From an uncultured bacterium (lineage in GTDB: Bacteria > Patescibacteriota > Minisyncoccia > Minisyncoccales > UBA5738), in the NCBI GenBank assembly GCA_903847095.1, contig CAINCQ010000024.1:126618-190617 (forward strand): a stretch of DNA of 64,000 bases. The letters are read 5' to 3'. Below, piece after piece: positions 9,725 to 20,450 of the stretch; the stretch's first letter is position 1; every line of letters starts with the position of its first letter. Made by a program: the position numbers and the translations under genes. The notes under the pieces are model-generated. The model was not told where the DNA came from. It saw nothing but the letters and a program-made list of their open reading frames with translations, and ran no database searches.

Positions 9725-9940
9725 TTCGTTAAAAGAAAAGGTTTGATCCCGACAGCGGGTCGTTGTAAGTTAATCCGGCCCGGAGATATGCGGGGTTTTA
9801 GAAAAGCGAACAGAGCTTAGCTTACCGGGTTTAACCTGGACAAGTTTGTTTTTAAAGTTTGCCGGGATGTTATTGGCGGAAAATTAGTGTTAAAATAGTA
9901 ACGAACACGAATATTTATTAGCCGTTTCAGCCAAATTTCA

Positions 9941-10966
9941 ATGCTTTTATTTTTTTGGTCATTGGTTTTTGCCGTATCACTTCTGCTTTTGGTAAAGTCG
10001 GCCGATTTTTTGACCGAGTCTTTGGTAAAATTAGCTTCCGACCTTAAGATACCGGCTTTCATAATGGGATTGACCGTGGTGTCGCTTGGCACTTCGTTGC
10101 CGGAATTATCCGCCAGTATTGCCGCGGTGATGCGCGGCCGGGGGGAATTGGCGGCTTCGCTGGCTATAGGTTCCACGATCGCCGGAATATTACTGGTGGT
10201 GGGGATGAGCGTCATTTCCGCCAGGGTGTTATTGGTAAGGAAAAGACTTATCGATATTGACGCTTCTTTGTTCGCGATCAGCCTCGTTCTTTTTTATTTT
10301 GTGGCGCGCGATGGAGGGATTAACGCGCTTGAAGGCGTTGTTCTTCTCGCGGGATTTCTGGTTTGTGTTTTTTACGTCATTACGGAAAAAAAGGATGACG
10401 ATCTGACTTCCGACACTTTGATAACTCCCGACCTGCTTGATTCAAAGAACGAAGCCAGGCTTGTCGAAATATTACCGTCAAGGTTGGAGAAAAGCCTGGC
10501 TCGCAAACAGGATTCGGATTTTTCTCTGAGATCTTTTTTGCTTTTGGTCTTTGGTTTCGTGGGGCTGGCGATAGGGGCCAAGCTTACCGTTGACTCGCTG
10601 GTGGGCATTTCCGATTTGTTGAATATCGAAGGGACGGTTCTGGCCATGACGATGCTGGCGATCGGCACCGCCTTACCCGAACTCTTTGTGGCCGTGAGCG
10701 CGGTGGCCAGAAAGAACGGTGGTTTGGCGCTTGGAAATGTTTTTGGTTCCAGCATTATCAATCTTTCGTTGGTTTTGGGATTAAGTTCCATGTTCGGGAG
10801 GGTTGATTTGGATACGGTCACTTACACCGTTGGCTTGCCTTTCCTGCTGGCTTCCGCGGCTTTACTGATAGTGTCCGGGATATCAAGAAGGATCCATTAT
10901 TGGGAAGGGATAATGTATCTGCTTGTTTATTTCCTCTTTATCGTCAAAGTATTCGGCCTATTTTAA
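9941..10966 (+). CDS. Ca2+/cation antiporter (CaCA family, YrbG-like)
   Basis: two alpha-repeat motifs GTSLPELSASI and GTALPELFVAVSA; about 10 TM helices. Confidence 0.7.
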   Translation: MLLFFWSLVFAVSLLLLVKSADFLTESLVKLASDLKIPAFIMGLTVVSLGTSLPELSASIAAVMRGRGELAASLAIGSTIAGILLVVGMSVISARVLLVRKRLIDIDASLFAISLVLFYFVARDGGINALEGVVLLAGFLVCVFYVITEKKDDDLTSDTLITPDLLDSKNEARLVEILPSRLEKSLARKQDSDFSLRSFLLLVFGFVGLAIGAKLTVDSLVGISDLLNIEGTVLAMTMLAIGTALPELFVAVSAVARKNGGLALGNVFGSSIINLSLVLGLSSMFGRVDLDTVTYTVGLPFLLASAALLIVSGISRRIHYWEGIMYLLVYFLFIVKVFGLF

Positions 10967-10989
10967 TTAATCATTACTATTTAGATATT

Positions 10990-11727
10990 ATGTCTCCAAT
11001 CGCAGATAATCGTAACCTTTCGGGGGATAAACCGATCGACTTCAAAAACCTGGAACAGGCCAACCAGCCCGCGCGCCACGAACAAGCGAAAAGCAGTATG
11101 GAGCGCGGCTTAGAGACCGGCGCGAACGTTAACGGTGTGCCGGTTGTTCCGTCGGTTCCGCCAAATACGGAAGTGAGGTCAAGTATCTTTTCGCGCCTGG
11201 AGCGACCAAAAGCCGCGGAACCCGCTGATCCTTTCGACGCGCCGGAGTTTAAAGAGAAGAAAGAGAATAAGGAAGAGAAAAAGGAAATAAGCCGGCCGGA
11301 GGAACGGAGCAGCTCGGAGGAAAAAACAAAAGAACAGATAAAGGCGGCAATGACTAAAACCCCGGCTATCGCCGCGGGATCGGCGCAAAAAAAACAAGCC
11401 GAACCGGTAAAGAAGGTTGAGCTTCCCAAGACGGTTTTTGGGGAAAAGGCGTACGTAAAAAAAGATCTTTTGAAATATTCTTTATGGAAAAGCGACGATT
11501 TGAAGAAAATGACCAAACTTGGCCGGCACGATCGGTCGGAATTGGCGCAGGAATTTTTTCCCAATAGGAACTTTGTTAGAAAGGATGATGTCCAGATGAA
11601 AATTCGCAAGATAGAGAGCGGTAAAGACAAGCCTCCAAAAGCGCTCGGTACGGGCCGGATAGCCAGGACCCGGGCTGCCAATGTTTTACGCGGGATGATC
11701 GGAGAAAAGCAAAAGAGGGTGTTTTAG
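10990..11727 (+). CDS. Hypothetical K/E-rich protein
   Basis: ATG at 10990 just after the CaCA stop; low-complexity Lys/Glu-rich middle; no recognised domain. Confidence 0.35.
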   Translation: MSPIADNRNLSGDKPIDFKNLEQANQPARHEQAKSSMERGLETGANVNGVPVVPSVPPNTEVRSSIFSRLERPKAAEPADPFDAPEFKEKKENKEEKKEISRPEERSSSEEKTKEQIKAAMTKTPAIAAGSAQKKQAEPVKKVELPKTVFGEKAYVKKDLLKYSLWKSDDLKKMTKLGRHDRSELAQEFFPNRNFVRKDDVQMKIRKIESGKDKPPKALGTGRIARTRAANVLRGMIGEKQKRVF

Positions 11728-11751
11728 GATAGGTTTTTATTAAAAAAAGCA

Positions 11752-12459
11752 ATGTTTGTTAATTATAAGACCAGTGGAATATTCTTAAAGAAAATTGACA
11801 AAGGAGAGGCCAATCAGCTATTTACAATCTATACCAAGGATTTCGGCCGTTTGGAGGTGATGGGTAAGGGGATAAGAAAAATGGCTTCCAAGCTAAGGTC
11901 GCAAACCCGGATTTTAAGCTTTTCCGATATTGAATTCATCCAGGGCAAGGCCGGTAAAACACTCACTGATTCCAGGATCAAGGAAAAATTTGAAAAAATC
12001 AGCCTGGATCTTGATAAAACGGAAACCGCCGAAAAGATCGTTGGTCTGGTGGCGTTGACGGTCAGGGGTCAGGAACGCGATGAAAAATCCTGGCAGTTGC
12101 TCTTGGAAACCCTATATTTTTTAAAAAAAACGGAACTTCGGGAGTCTCACGCGGTCTACCAGTATTTTTTTTGGAATTTTATGGCGGGCCTGGGCTATCG
12201 CCCTCAACTTGATGTATGCTGTTTTTGTTTAAGGAAGCTAGCCAATGAAATTTATTTTGAGCCAGCCGAGGGCGGCATAAGCTGCAAATCCTGCCGTCCA
12301 AAAGGAGAAAGAGATTGCCCGATAGACGCCGGGATCTTAAGGATTTTAAGGGTTTTTGAAAAAAGCGATTTGGAGGCCGCCGCGAGGATCAAATTTTCAC
12401 TCAATCAAAAAAACAAATTGGAAACGATATCGACAAGTTTCCTATCAACAATTCTATGA
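11752..12459 (+). CDS. recO: DNA repair protein RecO
   Basis: N-terminal OB-like region GIFLKKIDKGEANQLFTIYTKDFGRL plus C-terminal 4-Cys zinc motif CCFC...CKSC. Confidence 0.65.
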   Translation: MFVNYKTSGIFLKKIDKGEANQLFTIYTKDFGRLEVMGKGIRKMASKLRSQTRILSFSDIEFIQGKAGKTLTDSRIKEKFEKISLDLDKTETAEKIVGLVALTVRGQERDEKSWQLLLETLYFLKKTELRESHAVYQYFFWNFMAGLGYRPQLDVCCFCLRKLANEIYFEPAEGGISCKSCRPKGERDCPIDAGILRILRVFEKSDLEAAARIKFSLNQKNKLETISTSFLSTIL

Positions 12460-14129
12460 GCAAATTAATCAAAGTCTTGGTCTTTCTTGTTTTGATCCTT
12501 GCTGTGGTGGGATACGTCCTTTTTGAACGGAACAGTTATTCCAAGGAAGGTTTGAAGCTGGAGATCATTGGTCCCCAGGAAATAAATTTAGGCGAGGAGA
12601 CCGAATACATCGTTAAATATAAAAACAACGGTGATTTCCGGCTGGAAAACCCGACCCTCCTTTTTGAGCCGCCCGCCTTTTCCATTAAGGATGACAAGAT
12701 ATATCAAAAAGAGATTTTAACCTCCGATAAGCTTGGCGGGGCGATCTATCCGGGCGAAGAAAAAACTTTTTCTTTCAAGATGAGGTTGGTCGGGAAGGAA
12801 GGGGAGGCAAAGATCGCCAAGGCGACTTTGAATTATCAGCCGAAGAATCTAAAAACCACGTACGAATCCGCGACCAGCTTTACTACCGTGATCAAGTCGG
12901 TTCCTCTTACTTTCGAGTACGACCTTCCTTCCAAACTCGAAGCCGATAAGGACTTTAGTTTTAAATTGAATTATTCCTCCAGTATCCCTTGGTTGCTTAC
13001 GGATTTGCGCGTCCAAGTCGAGTATCCTTCGGGATATGAATTCATCGAATCGACGCCCAAGTCCCTGGATAAAACGGAATGGGACATCCCGGTTTTAAAT
13101 AATAATGAAGCGGGGAGTATTGACGTGGTCGGGCGTATTTCGGGGAATATCGGCGATGCCAAGGTTTTTCGCGCCAAGCTCGGCATTTGGAAGGACGGGG
13201 AATTTACCTTGCTTAAAGAGATCGAAAAGGGTGTGGAAATCCAGAAGCCTTCGGTGTCGATCCGCCAGGATATAAACGGCAATCCGAAGTACGTGGCCAA
13301 ACCGGGGGACTGGCTTCATTACGAAATTTATTTTAAAAACATTTCCGGAGAAGATCAGTATAATTTATACATGATCAACAAACTGGACGGCGATCTCTTT
13401 GATTTCAACGCCATCAAATCCGAGACCGGGAGCTTCGAACAAGGTGATAATTCCATTATTTTCGATTGGCGGAAAAACTCGAAATTGCAATATTTGGCTC
13501 CAATGGACGAAGGGAAGGCGGAATTTTGGATAAAACTGAAAGACGATCTTAGCCAGATCAAAAAACCTTCACTATCGAACAGCGTGATGATCGGTCAGGC
13601 GAGCCAGTATTTCACGACCAAGATCAGTTCCAAACTGGAATTAGTCCAAAAAACCTATTATAGCGACGAGATCTTCGGTAATAGCGGACCCATTCCCCCG
13701 GTTGTCGGCCAAACTACGACTTATACTGTTACCTGGCAGGCCAAGAATTATTATTCGGACGTAAAGAACGCGGTGGCTACGGCCATGATTCCTAAAAACG
13801 TCAAATTTACCGGGCAGGTTTTTCCTGAACAGCAAACCGGAAAATTGATCTATGACGCTGATTCAGGCAAGCTCACTTGGAATATCGGGGACCTTAAAAC
13901 GGGCCAGGGGGTGATAACGGCTCCGGAAAACGTATCTTTCCAGGTATCGATCACGCCTTCAAGCGACGATATCGCCAAAAGCGTCCAGCTGGTGGGTGCG
14001 GCAAGGATTTCCGGGGATGACAATTGGACCGCCATGGTTTTAGAGGCCGAAACGGCGGCTCTTGACACGGTTTCCCTTTCCGACCAGAATATGACCGAAG
14101 ACAAAGGGAAAGTGATAAATTCAAATTAA
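12456..14129 (+). CDS. Hypothetical membrane-anchored extracellular protein
   Basis: single N-terminal TM (LIKVLVFLVLILAVVGYV) followed by a 530-aa beta-rich, Cys-free domain. Confidence 0.4.
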   Translation: MSKLIKVLVFLVLILAVVGYVLFERNSYSKEGLKLEIIGPQEINLGEETEYIVKYKNNGDFRLENPTLLFEPPAFSIKDDKIYQKEILTSDKLGGAIYPGEEKTFSFKMRLVGKEGEAKIAKATLNYQPKNLKTTYESATSFTTVIKSVPLTFEYDLPSKLEADKDFSFKLNYSSSIPWLLTDLRVQVEYPSGYEFIESTPKSLDKTEWDIPVLNNNEAGSIDVVGRISGNIGDAKVFRAKLGIWKDGEFTLLKEIEKGVEIQKPSVSIRQDINGNPKYVAKPGDWLHYEIYFKNISGEDQYNLYMINKLDGDLFDFNAIKSETGSFEQGDNSIIFDWRKNSKLQYLAPMDEGKAEFWIKLKDDLSQIKKPSLSNSVMIGQASQYFTTKISSKLELVQKTYYSDEIFGNSGPIPPVVGQTTTYTVTWQAKNYYSDVKNAVATAMIPKNVKFTGQVFPEQQTGKLIYDADSGKLTWNIGDLKTGQGVITAPENVSFQVSITPSSDDIAKSVQLVGAARISGDDNWTAMVLEAETAALDTVSLSDQNMTEDKGKVINSN

Positions 14130-14148
14130 CAAATCCGTTCCCACTCCC

Positions 14149-15567
14149 ATGTTGGACTTAACGCAAAAAATAATTTCTCTTACCAAACAAAAAGGCTTTA
14201 TCTTCCCGTCTTCGGAAATTTATGGCGGCATCCAGGGTTTTTACGACTACGGCCCTTTGGGCGTTCAATTGAAGAATAATATCAAGTCCGCTTGGTGGCG
14301 GGCGATGGTGCAGGAGCGGGATGATATTTTTGGTTTGGACGCCGCGATCATCATGAATCCGACGGCTTGGGTAGCCTCGGGCCACGTATCCAATTTTACC
14401 GATCCGCTAGTGGAGTGTAAGTCTTGCCATAAGCGCTTCCGAGCCGACCATCTGGCCGATAAGGTCAAAGAAAGCAAAGAATTCAAGGAGCGGGGCGTAA
14501 GCGAGGAGGATGCCAAAGATTGGGCCAAGGTCTTGGAGGGAGTTAAATGTTTTGAATGTAAGGGTGAACTTACCGCTCCGCGTCTTTTTAATTTGATGTT
14601 TAAAACCTACGCGGGTCCCGCCGAAGACAGCGCGTCCCAGGTTTATTTGCGTCCCGAAACCGCTCAGGGGATCTTCACCAATTACAAGAACATCCTTGAT
14701 ACCCAGCGGGTTAAGATTCCTTTCGGTATCGCGCAAATCGGCAAGGCTTTCCGCAACGAGATTACGCCGGGTAATTTTATTTTCCGCCAGCGCGAGTTCG
14801 AACAGATGGAGATGGAATATTTTTGCCAGCCCGGCGACGACGAAAAGGTCCACGAAGAATGGATCAAACGCCGGTTTGACTGGTATGTCCAAGCACTTGG
14901 CTTAAAGAAAGATAATTTACGGATCAGGACGCACGAAAAATCGGAACTCGCGCATTATGCCAAGGCTTGCGTGGACGTTGAATATAAATTTCCGTTCGGC
15001 TGGTCCGAAATCGAAGGCATCGCCAATCGGCAAGCCCACGACCTGACCCAGCATCAAAAATTTTCGGGGGTCGATCTTAACTATTTTGACGAAACGACCA
15101 AGGAAAAATATATTCCTTACGTGATCGAGCCGTCCTGCGGGGTGGAGCGTTTGATGTTCGCGGTGATCTGCGACGCGTATCAGGAGATCGAGGGCGGACG
15201 GACGACAACGACCGAGTCAACCAAGGAAGCAGAAGTGGTTTTGAGGTTTTCCAAGGCGATGGCTCCCATTAAAATCGCGGTTCTGCCTTTACTGAAGAAT
15301 AAACCCGATCTGGTCAATAAGGCAAAAGAGGTTTACCAAATGCTGAAACCGGTTTTTATGTGCAAATACGATGAGGCCGGCACCATCGGAAGAAGGTATC
15401 GACGCCAGGATGAGATCGGAACGCCTTATTGTATTACGATAGATTTTGATACGTTAGAAAAAGGAGATGTTACGGTTCGTGACCGCGACACAATGGCGCA
15501 GGTAAGGATACCGGTCTCGGAATTATTGAAATATTGCCAGGAAGGCATAACGACGAATAAAAATTAA
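14149..15567 (+). CDS. glyQS: Glycine--tRNA ligase (alpha2 dimeric type)
   Basis: N-terminus GFIFPSSEIYGGIQGFYDYGPLGVQLKNNI is the hallmark of eukaryote/archaeal-like GlyRS; class II motifs present. Confidence 0.9.
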   Translation: MLDLTQKIISLTKQKGFIFPSSEIYGGIQGFYDYGPLGVQLKNNIKSAWWRAMVQERDDIFGLDAAIIMNPTAWVASGHVSNFTDPLVECKSCHKRFRADHLADKVKESKEFKERGVSEEDAKDWAKVLEGVKCFECKGELTAPRLFNLMFKTYAGPAEDSASQVYLRPETAQGIFTNYKNILDTQRVKIPFGIAQIGKAFRNEITPGNFIFRQREFEQMEMEYFCQPGDDEKVHEEWIKRRFDWYVQALGLKKDNLRIRTHEKSELAHYAKACVDVEYKFPFGWSEIEGIANRQAHDLTQHQKFSGVDLNYFDETTKEKYIPYVIEPSCGVERLMFAVICDAYQEIEGGRTTTTESTKEAEVVLRFSKAMAPIKIAVLPLLKNKPDLVNKAKEVYQMLKPVFMCKYDEAGTIGRRYRRQDEIGTPYCITIDFDTLEKGDVTVRDRDTMAQVRIPVSELLKYCQEGITTNKN

Positions 15568-15568
15568 T

Positions 15569-16834
15569 ATGTATAAAAAAGTCACATTAAAAAACGGGTT
15601 GCGGATATTGGTCGTGCCCGCGAAAAGTACCAAGGCCGTTACTGTAATGGCGCTGGTCGGGACCGGATCGAAATACGAAACAAAAGAAATAAGCGGTATT
15701 TCCCATTTTCTGGAACATATGTTTTTCAAGGGGACGAAAAAGAGGCCCGATAAGGTCCAGATCGCCGAAGACTTGGATAAGGTCGGCGGCAACTTCAACG
15801 CTTTTACCGGGACCGATTTTACGGGTTATTGGGCAAAAGTGGCAAGCGATAAATTCGATCTGGCCATGGATTGGGTCTCCGATATCTACCTTAATTCTTT
15901 GTTGCCCGCCGACGAGCTTGATAAGGAGCGGGGAGTGATCATCGAAGAGATCAATATGTATTACGACCATCCGATGCGCTACATCGGCAATCTTTGGCAG
16001 GAATTGCTTTATGGCGATCAACCGGCCGGATGGGATATTGCCGGTACCAAGGACACGGTTTCAAAAATGACCCGGACGCAAATGTTCGATTACCGGGCGC
16101 GCCAGTATGTGGCTTCGAACACGATCGTGGTGGTAGCCGGGAACGTCACTGTTCCCAAGGCCATAGCAATGGCTAAGAAGCAGTTTGCTTCGATCAAAAG
16201 CGATAAGCCGCAAAAAAAAGCGGCGGTAATGGAATCGCAGGACAAGCCAGGATTTTTATTGCAAAAAAGGAAATGCGACCAGACCCAGATCGCGCTGGGT
16301 GTCCGTGGATATAATATTTTCCATCCCAAGCGTTATGCTTTGGAAGTGATGGCAACGATCCTGGGCGGAATGATGAGTTCCCGTTTGTTCATCGAGGTGC
16401 GGGAAAAACTGGGCTTGGCTTATCATATCCACGTTGACAATACGATGGATCCGGAAACCGGCAGTTTTGCCGTAATGGCGGGCTTGGATTCAAAAAGGAT
16501 CGATTTGGGAATAACCACGATTTTAAAGGAATTCAAAAAGATCAAAGAGGTAAGGGTAGCGGCCGAAGAGTTAAAAAGGGCCAAGGATAATATGATCGGA
16601 AGGACGATTTTGGCCCTGGAATCTTCAGATGCTTTAGCTTCATTTTACGCCGAACAGGAATTGATGGAGGGAAAGATCGAAACACCGGAAAAGATCTTTA
16701 ACCGGATCAGGAAAGTAACCGCCAAGGATATCCAGGAAGTGGCCCAGGACCTGTTCCGCCCCGAAATTTTGAATCTGGCCATGATCGGGTCTTTCGACGA
16801 TGAAAAAAGGTTTAAAGATATGCTCGAAGTCTAA
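15569..16834 (+). CDS. M16 family zinc peptidase (insulinase-like)
   Basis: inverted zinc motif HFLEHMFFKGT (HxxEH); 421 aa. Confidence 0.8.
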   Translation: MYKKVTLKNGLRILVVPAKSTKAVTVMALVGTGSKYETKEISGISHFLEHMFFKGTKKRPDKVQIAEDLDKVGGNFNAFTGTDFTGYWAKVASDKFDLAMDWVSDIYLNSLLPADELDKERGVIIEEINMYYDHPMRYIGNLWQELLYGDQPAGWDIAGTKDTVSKMTRTQMFDYRARQYVASNTIVVVAGNVTVPKAIAMAKKQFASIKSDKPQKKAAVMESQDKPGFLLQKRKCDQTQIALGVRGYNIFHPKRYALEVMATILGGMMSSRLFIEVREKLGLAYHIHVDNTMDPETGSFAVMAGLDSKRIDLGITTILKEFKKIKEVRVAAEELKRAKDNMIGRTILALESSDALASFYAEQELMEGKIETPEKIFNRIRKVTAKDIQEVAQDLFRPEILNLAMIGSFDDEKRFKDMLEV

Positions 16835-16883
16835 AAGAGAAATCAGCTAACCGCCAGGAACGATCTTAAGATATCATAGTCAT

Positions 16884-17915
16884 ATGCTGCCGAATATTTT
16901 TTCAAAACAAGAAGCCGGCAAACTCGATATTTCTTGGACGGCTATATCGAAGCTAGTGGTTGTTTTTTTTGCCGCTTACATCATTTGGATCGTCAAGGAT
17001 ATTTTGATCCTGTTTTTGTTCGGATTGGTTATTTCGGTGCTGGTAAGCCCGGTCATCGACTTTTTGCAGCGGTTGCGCGTTGCCAGGACGTTAGCGGTTT
17101 TTTTGGTCTACTTTGCGATCTTGGTGATGCTTGGCCTGTTTGTTTATCTTATCGTTCCGGTTTTCGTTGTGGAGATAAAACAGTTTTCGATCCTTTTCCC
17201 GGTCTATTTCGAAAAAATATCGCCGTTTTTCGCGGGATTGGGTTTTGAAGTTTTTGAAAACATGCAAGCGTTCACGGAAGCCGTGCGCATGTGGTTCGTG
17301 GGTTCAACGTCCAGCATAGTCAGTTCCATAGCCGGGATCTTCGGAAAGCTGTTTTTGGCAATAACGGTTTTTACGATCGCGACTTTCTTTTCACTGGAGG
17401 AGCGCGGGGTCGAGAAACTGGTTAATTTGGCTTCTCCGAAAAGACACGAGGAATTCCTTTTGGAAGTTTGGAGACGAACCAAGGTCAAAATTTCGGGATG
17501 GTTCGCGGCTAAATTCATAATGATGGCGCTGGTCGGGGTATCGACAAGCGTCGCGTGTTTTGCTTTCGGCATCAAATATCCGATAATTTTCGGTTTCATC
17601 GGCGGGGTTTTGGACATCATTCCTTTTATCGGTCCTGTTTTCGCCGGGTTCATGATCGGGCTTTTTACCCTTACTTATTCTTGGCAAAAGGCCGCGCTCA
17701 TCGTTTTGGTTTTTACCTTGATCCAGCAAATCGAAAGCAATATTCTGACGCCCATTTTGGCCAAAAAATTTACCGAACTACCTCCGATCCTGGTTTTAGC
17801 CTCGATATTGGTTGGAGAAAGGCTTATGGGTCTCGCGGGCGCCATCCTGGCAATTCCGCTTTTTGGAATATTTTTCGATCTAACCCGTTATTTTCTGGAA
17901 AAAAATAAAAACTGA
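16884..17915 (+). CDS. AI-2E family transporter (PerM/UPF0118-like)
   Basis: about 8 TM helices; conserved C-terminal region FGFIGGVLDIIPFIGPVFAG. Confidence 0.55.
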   Translation: MLPNIFSKQEAGKLDISWTAISKLVVVFFAAYIIWIVKDILILFLFGLVISVLVSPVIDFLQRLRVARTLAVFLVYFAILVMLGLFVYLIVPVFVVEIKQFSILFPVYFEKISPFFAGLGFEVFENMQAFTEAVRMWFVGSTSSIVSSIAGIFGKLFLAITVFTIATFFSLEERGVEKLVNLASPKRHEEFLLEVWRRTKVKISGWFAAKFIMMALVGVSTSVACFAFGIKYPIIFGFIGGVLDIIPFIGPVFAGFMIGLFTLTYSWQKAALIVLVFTLIQQIESNILTPILAKKFTELPPILVLASILVGERLMGLAGAILAIPLFGIFFDLTRYFLEKNKN

Positions 17916-17921
17916 TTCTTT

Positions 17922-18620
17922 ATGATTCCGGGTAATTTATATATCATCGCAACTCCGATCGGGAATTTGGGCGACATAACATTTCGGGCGATTGAGACGC
18001 TGAAAAGCGTTGATTTGGTTTTATGCGAAGATACGCGCGTAGCCAAACGATTGCTCGATCATTTTAAAATCGAAAGAACCACCGAAAGCTATCACCAGCA
18101 TTCATCGCTTAAAAAAACCGGCCACATTGCCGATCTCCTGCGGGAGGGGAAAAACCTGGCTTTAGTTTCGGATGCCGGAACGCCCGGGATATCCGATCCG
18201 GGCAATAAACTTATCGAGAGCTTGATTTCGATATTCGGCAATGATCTTAAGGTCGTGCCCGTACCCGGTCCTTCGGCGGTTGCCGCAGCTTTGAGTATCT
18301 GCGGTTTTCCAAGTGACCGGTTTGTTTTTGTGGGTTTTCCGCCGGCCAAGAACAAAAGGAAGAAATTTTTTGAAGGGGCCATGGGCTATTCTTTTACGAC
18401 CGTTTTTTACGAATCGACCCATCGGATAATCAGGACTCTTGAGGAGATAGGTTCTTTTGAGCCCGATAAGTTAAGGCGTGTTGTGGTGTGCCGCGAGCTT
18501 ACCAAGCAGTTCGAAACGATTTACCGGGGGACGGTAGCGGAGGCGGCTAACATTTTAAAAAAAGGGATCATTAAAGGGGAATTTGTTTTTGTGATCGAGG
18601 GTCGTTTGACGGGGAATTAA
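17922..18620 (+). CDS. rsmI: 16S rRNA (cytidine1402-2'-O)-methyltransferase RsmI
   Basis: N-terminus LYIIATPIGNLGDITFRAIETLKSVDLVLCEDTR is typical of RsmI (tetrapyrrole methylase fold). Confidence 0.85.
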   Translation: MIPGNLYIIATPIGNLGDITFRAIETLKSVDLVLCEDTRVAKRLLDHFKIERTTESYHQHSSLKKTGHIADLLREGKNLALVSDAGTPGISDPGNKLIESLISIFGNDLKVVPVPGPSAVAAALSICGFPSDRFVFVGFPPAKNKRKKFFEGAMGYSFTTVFYESTHRIIRTLEEIGSFEPDKLRRVVVCRELTKQFETIYRGTVAEAANILKKGIIKGEFVFVIEGRLTGN

Positions 18621-18744
18621 GGATGGGGTATTAAATAAGAGAGCATGAAATACGCGGTAAACAATATTAATCAAATTATTATCGACCTTCTTCTTGAGGG
18701 ATGTTTTTTCGAATAACAAAGCACCGAACATATCGAAGACACAC

Positions 18745-18768
18745 CCCTCCAAAAGAGGGTTTTTTGTT
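18745..18768 (+). terminator. Rho-independent terminator (CCCTC-CAAAAG-AGGG hairpin plus T-run)
   Basis: cccctccaaaagagggttttttg downstream of rsmI. Confidence 0.55.
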
Positions 18769-18819
18769 CTTTAGAGGAGTAAAGCTCGTTCACAATTAAA
18801 TATAATGAGGAGGATTGTT

Positions 18820-20355
18820 ATGGGTATTGAATTGAGTATTTTGGATACGACCTTTCGAGATGGAATGCAATCTTCGTTGATCGAAGCCGCGGGACCAAAA
18901 GACGCTCTTAAAGTTTTGCGGCTTTTGGATGAACTTGGTTGTTTTGAATATCTTGAGGCGGGATTTGCCGTTTCAAACAACGGGGATGGGGAACGGATAA
19001 AAGCCGCGCTAAAGCTCGGTTTGAAAGCTAAGATCGCCGCTTTTGGCTGGGCCACGCCGGACACCGCGAAACAAATGATCGCGGTTGCCGTGCCGGTTGC
19101 CGTATTGGTGGCAAAAGCCAGAAAGCGCGATGTCGAGATCGCCTTGCGCCGGGATCCGGAGGAATATTTAAGCGTAGTCAAACAAGCGGTCGAGCTGCTG
19201 GTTGAAAACGGGATCGAGGTAATTCTTGACATCGAACACGCGTTCCAGGCGGTTTTCGAAGACAATCAAGAATATGTTTTGCGGCTTTTGCGCGAATGCC
19301 ATGAGGCGGGCGCGAGATGGCTTGTTTTGTGCGATACCAACGGTAAAGCTTCGGTAGGTGTCGTAGAAGCCGTGATCAAGATCGTCTCAAAAGAGATTCC
19401 ACTTGGCGTCATCGGGGTTCATTTCCATAATGATCGCGGCCGGGCTGTTGTTTTGGCCGAAATTGCTTATGAGCAAGGAATCCGTCATATCCAAGGGGTT
19501 TTTGGCGGGTTTGGGGAAAGAGCCGGGAATACCGACTTATCCGTTTTGATTCCCAATCTGTACCTGGATTCCGACTGCCGGTTTTTTTCGCGAACGGCGT
19601 TTAAAAAGTTCACCGCGACATACCGAAGCGTCAGCGAAATACTGAACATTCCGGCTGATCCAACCCACCCCTGGGTTGGCGAAAAGGTTTTTTATAGTAA
19701 GGCAGGGATGCATGCTTCGGGTGAAAACCTCGATCCGGGAAGTTATCTCCACTTTGATCCGGAATTCACCGGCAACCATATTAGTTTCGGGTTGTCAGGA
19801 ATTTCGGGAAAAGCCAATTTATCGATAAAGGCCAGGGAGATCGGTATTGAAATACCGGAAAATAAATTACCGGAGATCGCGGCGCGCCATAAAGAACTTG
19901 CGGATAGAGGGATAAGTTTTGAGCGCGCCGAAGCATCGTTCGAACTCTGGCTTTTACGGGAGCTCGGGTCGTTAAAAATGCCTTTCTCGTTCATTGGCTG
20001 GAGGATCGTTGACGAATGTCAGCCTGGAGGACAGATTAAGTCCGAAGCAAGTTTGGCGATGATCGTTAGCGGCCGGGAATGCTTGTCGAATGCCCGGGGA
20101 GAAGGGCCGGTAAACGCGCTGGAAAAAGTTTTGCGTAAGATCTTAGAGAAAGAATTCCCGGCCATCAAACAGGTAAGGATGTCGGAATTTTCTTTTAAGA
20201 CCGTTGATATGAGAAAAGGATCGGCCGCGTTGGTGAGGATCCTTTGTGTTTTCACCGATGGTTGCCGCACCTGGACAACGGTCGGGGTTAACGAAGATTT
20301 TCTTTGGGCCGCTTGGCAAGCGATGTTGGATGGTTATTTATACCGGATCGCGTGA
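18820..20355 (+). CDS. 2-isopropylmalate/(R)-citramalate synthase family protein (LeuA/CimA-like, DRE-TIM metallolyase)
   Basis: LDTTFRDGMQS and HFHNDRG motifs plus a C-terminal LeuA-type regulatory domain; AGGAGG RBS 7 nt upstream of the ATG at 18820. Confidence 0.7.
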   Translation: MGIELSILDTTFRDGMQSSLIEAAGPKDALKVLRLLDELGCFEYLEAGFAVSNNGDGERIKAALKLGLKAKIAAFGWATPDTAKQMIAVAVPVAVLVAKARKRDVEIALRRDPEEYLSVVKQAVELLVENGIEVILDIEHAFQAVFEDNQEYVLRLLRECHEAGARWLVLCDTNGKASVGVVEAVIKIVSKEIPLGVIGVHFHNDRGRAVVLAEIAYEQGIRHIQGVFGGFGERAGNTDLSVLIPNLYLDSDCRFFSRTAFKKFTATYRSVSEILNIPADPTHPWVGEKVFYSKAGMHASGENLDPGSYLHFDPEFTGNHISFGLSGISGKANLSIKAREIGIEIPENKLPEIAARHKELADRGISFERAEASFELWLLRELGSLKMPFSFIGWRIVDECQPGGQIKSEASLAMIVSGRECLSNARGEGPVNALEKVLRKILEKEFPAIKQVRMSEFSFKTVDMRKGSAALVRILCVFTDGCRTWTTVGVNEDFLWAAWQAMLDGYLYRIA

Positions 20356-20450
20356 AATTTCCGTCGATCACGCCAGTCTTTTATAGGCTGGTTTTTTTTG
20401 CGTGAACGGCCGATTTGTGATAAAGCAAAAGTAAATGACAGGATGTTTTT

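Noticed and set aside
10372-11681. Minus-strand ORFs (10372..10821, 10977..11681, 11179..11397)
   Set aside because: They are antisense to the CaCA transporter and the downstream K/E-rich protein and have biased, repetitive composition, so they are shadow ORFs.
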